Below are positions 40,268 through 44,236 of a stretch of DNA of 44,236 bases, piece after piece. Position 1 is the stretch's first letter. Every line of letters starts with the position of its first letter. The notes under the pieces are model-generated. The model searched no databases. It had not been told where the DNA came from and was given only the letters and a program-made list of their open reading frames with translations. Location: assembly GCA_002293625.1 (NCBI GenBank), contig DBDP01000062.1, forward strand, positions 25,376 through 69,611. Direction: 5' to 3'. The stretch is from Clostridiales bacterium UBA929 (GTDB lineage: Bacteria; Bacillota; Clostridia; Oscillospirales; UBA929). Made by a program: the position numbers and the translations under genes.

Positions 40268-42047
40268 ACTGACGGTCGGTGCCGAACGTTTCCGAAATCA
40301 CGGCGGCTACGGAAGCGGCGTCAAGGCGGCAAAATACCAGTAAGTCCGTGTCGGAGCCGTGCGGGATAAAGCGGTCGCCCGTGTTGATCGGTACACCTTT
40401 AACGAACCGGCACAGATACCCCGGGTTGTCCTCCAGGATAAATACCGCTCCGTCGCAGGCAATCTCCGGAAGCGGCTTAAGCGACGTTACCCTTATAACG
40501 CCGACCGACAAGATTCCTTCTAGACGCTCCGCCGCGTCCAGAGCGACCCGCGCCATTCCTCCGTATGTGACAATCGTCGCGTCGCGCCCCGTCCGGCATG
40601 TCACCACCGGCTGCAACAACGCCCCGCTGTCGTTCGGCAGCGCGCGCTTCGGGTAACGAATCGCGACCGGTCCGTCATTCGGTAAGGCGAGCATCTGCCG
40701 AAGCTCGGAAAATGTAGACGGCGCGAGCAGCGTGAGACCCGGAACGGAGGATAAAAACAGCGGGTCGAACACACCGTGGTGTGTTTCCCCGTCCTCGCCG
40801 GACAACCCCGCGTGTCCGACGGCAAAAACGACCGGCAGATTCTGCATCGCGACGTCGTGGACGATTTGGTCATACGCCCGTTGCAAAAACGTGGAGTAAA
40901 CCGCGACCACCGGGTGCAACCCCTGCTTCGCCATCGCGGCAGCCATCGTGACGGCGTGTCCTTCCGCGATCCCGACGTCGAAAAAGCGGCTCGGAAACCG
41001 TTTCGCGAACGGGTCAAGACCGCATCCCGACTGCATCGCGGCGGTAATCGCGACGATTTTGCGGTCGGTTTCGGCAAGTTCGGTCAACGCTTCCCCAAAA
41101 ATGCGCGAAAACTCGTCGCAAGCCGCGCCGTTTCCCACGCCGTGGTCGATACGGAATTGTTTCACGCCGTGGTACTTGCTGGGGTTCTTTTCGGAATAGG
41201 CGTATCCCCGCCCCTTTTGCGTCACCAAGTGGATCAAAACGGGTTTCCTCATCGCGGCTGCTTGCCGAAGCAGATGCGTTACCGACTTGATGTCGTGACC
41301 GTCGGTCGGTCCCAAATACTCAAACCCCATCTGCGCAAACAGGGAGCCGGGAAAAACGGCGTTCTTGACAAGCTCCTTGCTTCTGTGTATGAAGCGCCCG
41401 ACCGCCCGACCGCCCGGCAGCGGGTCAAGCAGCTTGTGCGTGAAGCGCTTCGCGCTGAAATAGCGCGGCTGCAAGCGGAGCCTTGTAAGGTGGCGCGCCA
41501 CGCCGCCCACGTTTTTCTTGATCGACATGCCGTTGTCGTTCAACACGACGATTAACGGCTCACCGCTCTGCCCCGCGTCGTTCAAGCCCTCGTAGGCGAG
41601 GCCGCCTGTTAAAGCGCCGTCTCCCAACACGGCGACACAGTGGTAATCCTCTTTCAAAAGGGTGCGGGCGCGAGCCATACCCAGCGCCGCCGACACCGAC
41701 GTGGAGGCGTGTCCGGCGGCAAACGCGTCATGGACGCTCTCGGCGGGTTTCGGGAAACCCGACATCCCCCCAAGCGAACGCAGCCCGGTAAAACCCTCTT
41801 TGCGCCCGGTCAGAAGTTTGTGGACGTAACATTGATGCCCCACATCAAAAACGATACGGTCGCGCGAGGTGTCAAACACACGGTGCAGGGCGACGGTCAG
41901 TTCCACGACGCCCAAGTTTGACGCCAAATGCCCGCCGGTTTTTGAAACATTCTTGATCAAAAACTTTCGGATTCCGGCGCAAAACGCGTCCAGCCGTCCT
42001 TCGGGAATCTCTTTTACCGCCTGCAAATCCCGGTCAAACAATCGCAT
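40260..42047 (-). CDS. dxs: 1-deoxy-D-xylulose-5-phosphate synthase
   Basis: 595 aa from the ATG at 42045-42047 (AGGTGA upstream). It has GGHLASNLGVVELT, GDGALTGG and DVGIAEGHAVT. Confidence 0.95.
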   Translation of the reverse strand: MRLFDRDLQAVKEIPEGRLDAFCAGIRKFLIKNVSKTGGHLASNLGVVELTVALHRVFDTSRDRIVFDVGHQCYVHKLLTGRKEGFTGLRSLGGMSGFPKPAESVHDAFAAGHASTSVSAALGMARARTLLKEDYHCVAVLGDGALTGGLAYEGLNDAGQSGEPLIVVLNDNGMSIKKNVGGVARHLTRLRLQPRYFSAKRFTHKLLDPLPGGRAVGRFIHRSKELVKNAVFPGSLFAQMGFEYLGPTDGHDIKSVTHLLRQAAAMRKPVLIHLVTQKGRGYAYSEKNPSKYHGVKQFRIDHGVGNGAACDEFSRIFGEALTELAETDRKIVAITAAMQSGCGLDPFAKRFPSRFFDVGIAEGHAVTMAAAMAKQGLHPVVAVYSTFLQRAYDQIVHDVAMQNLPVVFAVGHAGLSGEDGETHHGVFDPLFLSSVPGLTLLAPSTFSELRQMLALPNDGPVAIRYPKRALPNDSGALLQPVVTCRTGRDATIVTYGGMARVALDAAERLEGILSVGVIRVTSLKPLPEIACDGAVFILEDNPGYLCRFVKGVPINTGDRFIPHGSDTDLLVFCRLDAASVAAVISETFGTDRQYG

Positions 42048-42061
42048 TCGTTCACCTGCTC

Positions 42062-42544
42062 TCATCCTGCCGCCACAATGGCGGCAACCTCCGGCGCGGG
42101 GATGCATATACCAAAAAGTATACCCAAAGCCGCTCCGGCGAAGACCTCAAAGGGCGTATGCCCCAGCAGCTCTTTCAATTCTTTCACGACGAACTCCGGC
42201 TTTTGGTGTCCCCAGTTATCCAAAATATAGTTGATAATCTTCGCCTGTTCGCCCGCGGAACGCCGCACGTTCGACGCGTCAAACATCACGACAATCGCAA
42301 TTACGGCGGCAATGGCGAACAAGCCCGAATCTAAGCGGTAGAGTTTACCCACCGAGGCAGCCATCGCGCAGACGATGGCGGAGTGCGAAGAAGGCATACC
42401 GCCTGAACCGAGCAGCCGTCGGAAATCCAGCTTCTTATAGCGAATCAGAATGATGATCATCTTCAGAATCTGCGCAGTGAGAAAGGCAAGGAGCGACACG
42501 TTGATGATATGGTTGCCCGTCAGGAAATTTACAGCCGCTCTCAT
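42062..42544 (-). CDS. Divergent PAP2-family membrane protein (DUF212/YuiD-like)
   Basis: 160 aa with the family-typical segments GGMPSSHSA and MFDASNVRRSAGEQ. The ATGA overlaps the ispA stop. Confidence 0.8.
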   Translation of the reverse strand: MRAAVNFLTGNHIINVSLLAFLTAQILKMIIILIRYKKLDFRRLLGSGGMPSSHSAIVCAMAASVGKLYRLDSGLFAIAAVIAIVVMFDASNVRRSAGEQAKIINYILDNWGHQKPEFVVKELKELLGHTPFEVFAGAALGILFGICIPAPEVAAIVAAG

Positions 42545-43323
42545 CGTCCTTCCGCTCCTATATATATCAAACTTTCGGTGAGAGATTTCATTAGCTCATT
42601 ACCCGAAAACGCTTCTAAGTGTCCCAACGCTTCGGTGAAGAATTGTGTCGCAAGACACCGGCAGGACTCGTCTCCGTCCGAAACGTCGTCGGCATATTGA
42701 AACCCAAGCCCGAAGCTCATCCCGAACGCCGCCGCGTCCGCCCTCCGTTCCGTCGCGCCCGCAAGAACGCACCCCGCTTCCGCCGCCGCGACGAACATTG
42801 CAGCCGTTTTGAGCTGATGAATCACATCGGTTGCCGCCTCGCGGCGCAAGTCCAGTTCCTGACCGCCCGCAATCCCGTGAAGACCCGACGCTTCGGCGAT
42901 GATCCGCGCGGCTTCAAACGCTCCGTTAACGCCGGAACACAGCATCGTTTCAAACGCCGCCGAGAGAAGAGCGCTTCCGGCGAGAAGCGCCGTCGCCTCT
43001 CCGTATACGATATGGTTCGCCGGCTTGCCGCGCCGTGTATCATCGTCGTCCATACAGGGCAGGTCGTCATGTATCAGCGAATAGGTGTGAATCATCTCCA
43101 GCGCGCAGGCGAACGGCAGCGCGTCCTCCCAGTTTCCGCCGCACATACGGCAGAACTCTAAAAGTATCACAGGGCGCAGACGTTTGCCGCCCGGAAAGAG
43201 GCTGTAGCGCATCGCGTCCAGCAACCTCTTCTGCGGCATGTCCCGTTCCGGCAGGGCTGTGTCCAGCGCCGCGTTAATCGCGCTGATATACCGTTCAAAT
43301 TGCGCCTCATTCTGTTTGTTCAA
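42541..43323 (-). CDS. ispA: Polyprenyl (farnesyl/geranylgeranyl) diphosphate synthase, unusually short
   Basis: 260 aa with the first Asp-rich motif LIHDDLPCMDDDDTRRG and a second motif FQYADDVSD. It lies in the canonical xseB-ispA-dxs position. Confidence 0.8.
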   Translation of the reverse strand: MNKQNEAQFERYISAINAALDTALPERDMPQKRLLDAMRYSLFPGGKRLRPVILLEFCRMCGGNWEDALPFACALEMIHTYSLIHDDLPCMDDDDTRRGKPANHIVYGEATALLAGSALLSAAFETMLCSGVNGAFEAARIIAEASGLHGIAGGQELDLRREAATDVIHQLKTAAMFVAAAEAGCVLAGATERRADAAAFGMSFGLGFQYADDVSDGDESCRCLATQFFTEALGHLEAFSGNELMKSLTESLIYIGAEGR

Positions 43324-43540
43324 AGGGCTGTTCCTCCACTGTGTTTTCCGGCGTTTTGGTCAGTTTGGTCACGCGCTGCTCCGCCTTTTGCAAAAGCGTC
43401 TCGCAGGTTCCCGCGAGCTTCGCGCCCTCCTCAAAGAGCTTGATCGAATCCTCCAGCGGTGTGTCTCCCCGTTCCAAAGCGCGGATGATTTCGTTAATCC
43501 GGGTAACGGCTTCCTCAAAGCTCTGTTTCTTAGCAGCCAT
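43307..43540 (-). CDS. xseB: Exodeoxyribonuclease VII small subunit
   Basis: 77 aa from the ATG at 43538-43540 (GGAGGGG upstream). SFEEAVTRINEIIRALERGDTPLEDSIKLFEEG is the XseB signature. The track's 76-aa extension overlaps xseA and was rejected. Confidence 0.9.
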   Translation of the reverse strand: MAAKKQSFEEAVTRINEIIRALERGDTPLEDSIKLFEEGAKLAGTCETLLQKAEQRVTKLTKTPENTVEEQPFEQTE

Positions 43541-43542
43541 AC

Positions 43543-44236
43543 TTACCCCTCCAATACTTCTATTACACGGCTTTTTAGCCGTCCTTCGCGCAGGCGTATA
43601 TTCACGGTGTCGCCCACGGCTACGTCTTTCGCGGAGCGAATGGGGTTTCCGTCTTCGCTTTCCGCCACCGCGTAGCCTCGCGCGAGCACTTTTAGCGGAC
43701 TCAGCGCGTCCAGCCGCGCCGCGAGGGAAGCGAGCGTTCGCGATCTCGGCTGAGAACCACGCTCCCACGCGCCGGACATCCTCTCGCTCATACGGTCCAG
43801 CGACAATCTCTTATCGGCGAAGAAGCGTTCCGGCGAAAGGCGCAGTTTCATGTCAGAAAGCCGTGACAGCCACTCCTCCGTATCCGGCGCGACGATCTCG
43901 GCGGCGTGGCTCGGCGTCGCGGCGCGGATATCGGCGACGAAATCGGCAATGGTCACATCCGGTTCGTGTCCGACTGCCGACACAACCGGGGTCGCGCAGG
44001 CAAAGATGGCGCGCGCCACCCGTTCGTCGTTGAACGCCCACAGATCCTCCAGCGAACCGCCGCCCCGCCCGGTGATGATAACGTAATCTATGCCTTTACG
44101 GTCGCAGTAGCGGATGGCGGAGGCAATCTCCTCCGGCGCTTCCGCGCCCTGCACCCGCACCGGCACGACCACCACGTCACACAGCGGCCACCTGCGGCCC
44201 AAAATACGGATCATGTCGCGTACCGCCGCGCCCGCC
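43543..44236 (-). CDS. xseA: Exodeoxyribonuclease VII large subunit, C-terminal part (5' end beyond the window)
   Basis: The frame stays open to the window edge (...AGAAVRDMIRILGRRWP...). ITGRGGGSLEDLWAFNDE and AVGHEPDVTIADFVAD are XseA motifs. Confidence 0.9.
   Translation of the reverse strand, partial: AGAAVRDMIRILGRRWPLCDVVVVPVRVQGAEAPEEIASAIRYCDRKGIDYVIITGRGGGSLEDLWAFNDERVARAIFACATPVVSAVGHEPDVTIADFVADIRAATPSHAAEIVAPDTEEWLSRLSDMKLRLSPERFFADKRLSLDRMSERMSGAWERGSQPRSRTLASLAARLDALSPLKVLARGYAVAESEDGNPIRSAKDVAVGDTVNIRLREGRLKSRVIEVLEG

Noticed and set aside
1-44236. tRNA, rRNA, tmRNA, SRP RNA or RNase P genes; insertion sequences; prophage; toxin-antitoxin or restriction-modification systems.
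   Set aside because: All intergenic gaps are under 300 nt, and none shows tRNA cloverleaf or T-loop (GGTTCGAATCC-like) features or other RNA hallmarks. No ORF resembles a transposase, phage protein, TA or R-M protein.

Overview
This window looks like a high-GC, spore-forming Clostridia-type chromosome segment (SpoIIM, YunB, SCIFF and DUF1540 are all present). I call 53 protein genes, tightly packed, with 46 on the minus strand. Most are housekeeping genes in conserved Firmicute blocks. One block runs xseA-xseB-ispA-dxs-tlyA-nadK-argR-recN. Another runs rplS-lepB-lepB-ylqF-rnhB-yraN-thrC. A third runs tagA-like/GNAT/DJ-1/5-FCL-mltG-alaS-HIT-yajC-TIGR04086-like-scfA-scfB. The remainder includes proC, spoIIM, xerD, gdh and aroF-pheA. 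I saw no rRNA, tRNA, CRISPR array, transposase, prophage or recognisable defence or toxin genes, and I cannot support a clear new multi-gene system. The most unusual signal is non-coding. At least 11 intergenic GC-rich hairpins each carry a flanking GTAG/CTAC tetranucleotide, which is REP/BIME-like architecture. Their stems covary, and three copies supply the TAG stop codon of the adjacent gene. Accessory content worth a second look: (1) a five-gene operon of two cytoplasmic beta-lactamase-fold serine hydrolases plus an ABC-2 transporter, lying between recN and rplS; (2) a GH11 xylanase with a C-terminal membrane anchor, translationally coupled to a signal-less GH5; (3) a lower-GC YesL gene paired with a lipoprotein carrying two GxxH motifs, next to a decayed AraC regulator; (4) a SCIFF precursor with a C-terminal extension; (5) two ORFs shorter than 60 aa that the supplied track misses. 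All protein calls come from reading the translations and remembering family motifs. No database search was run.
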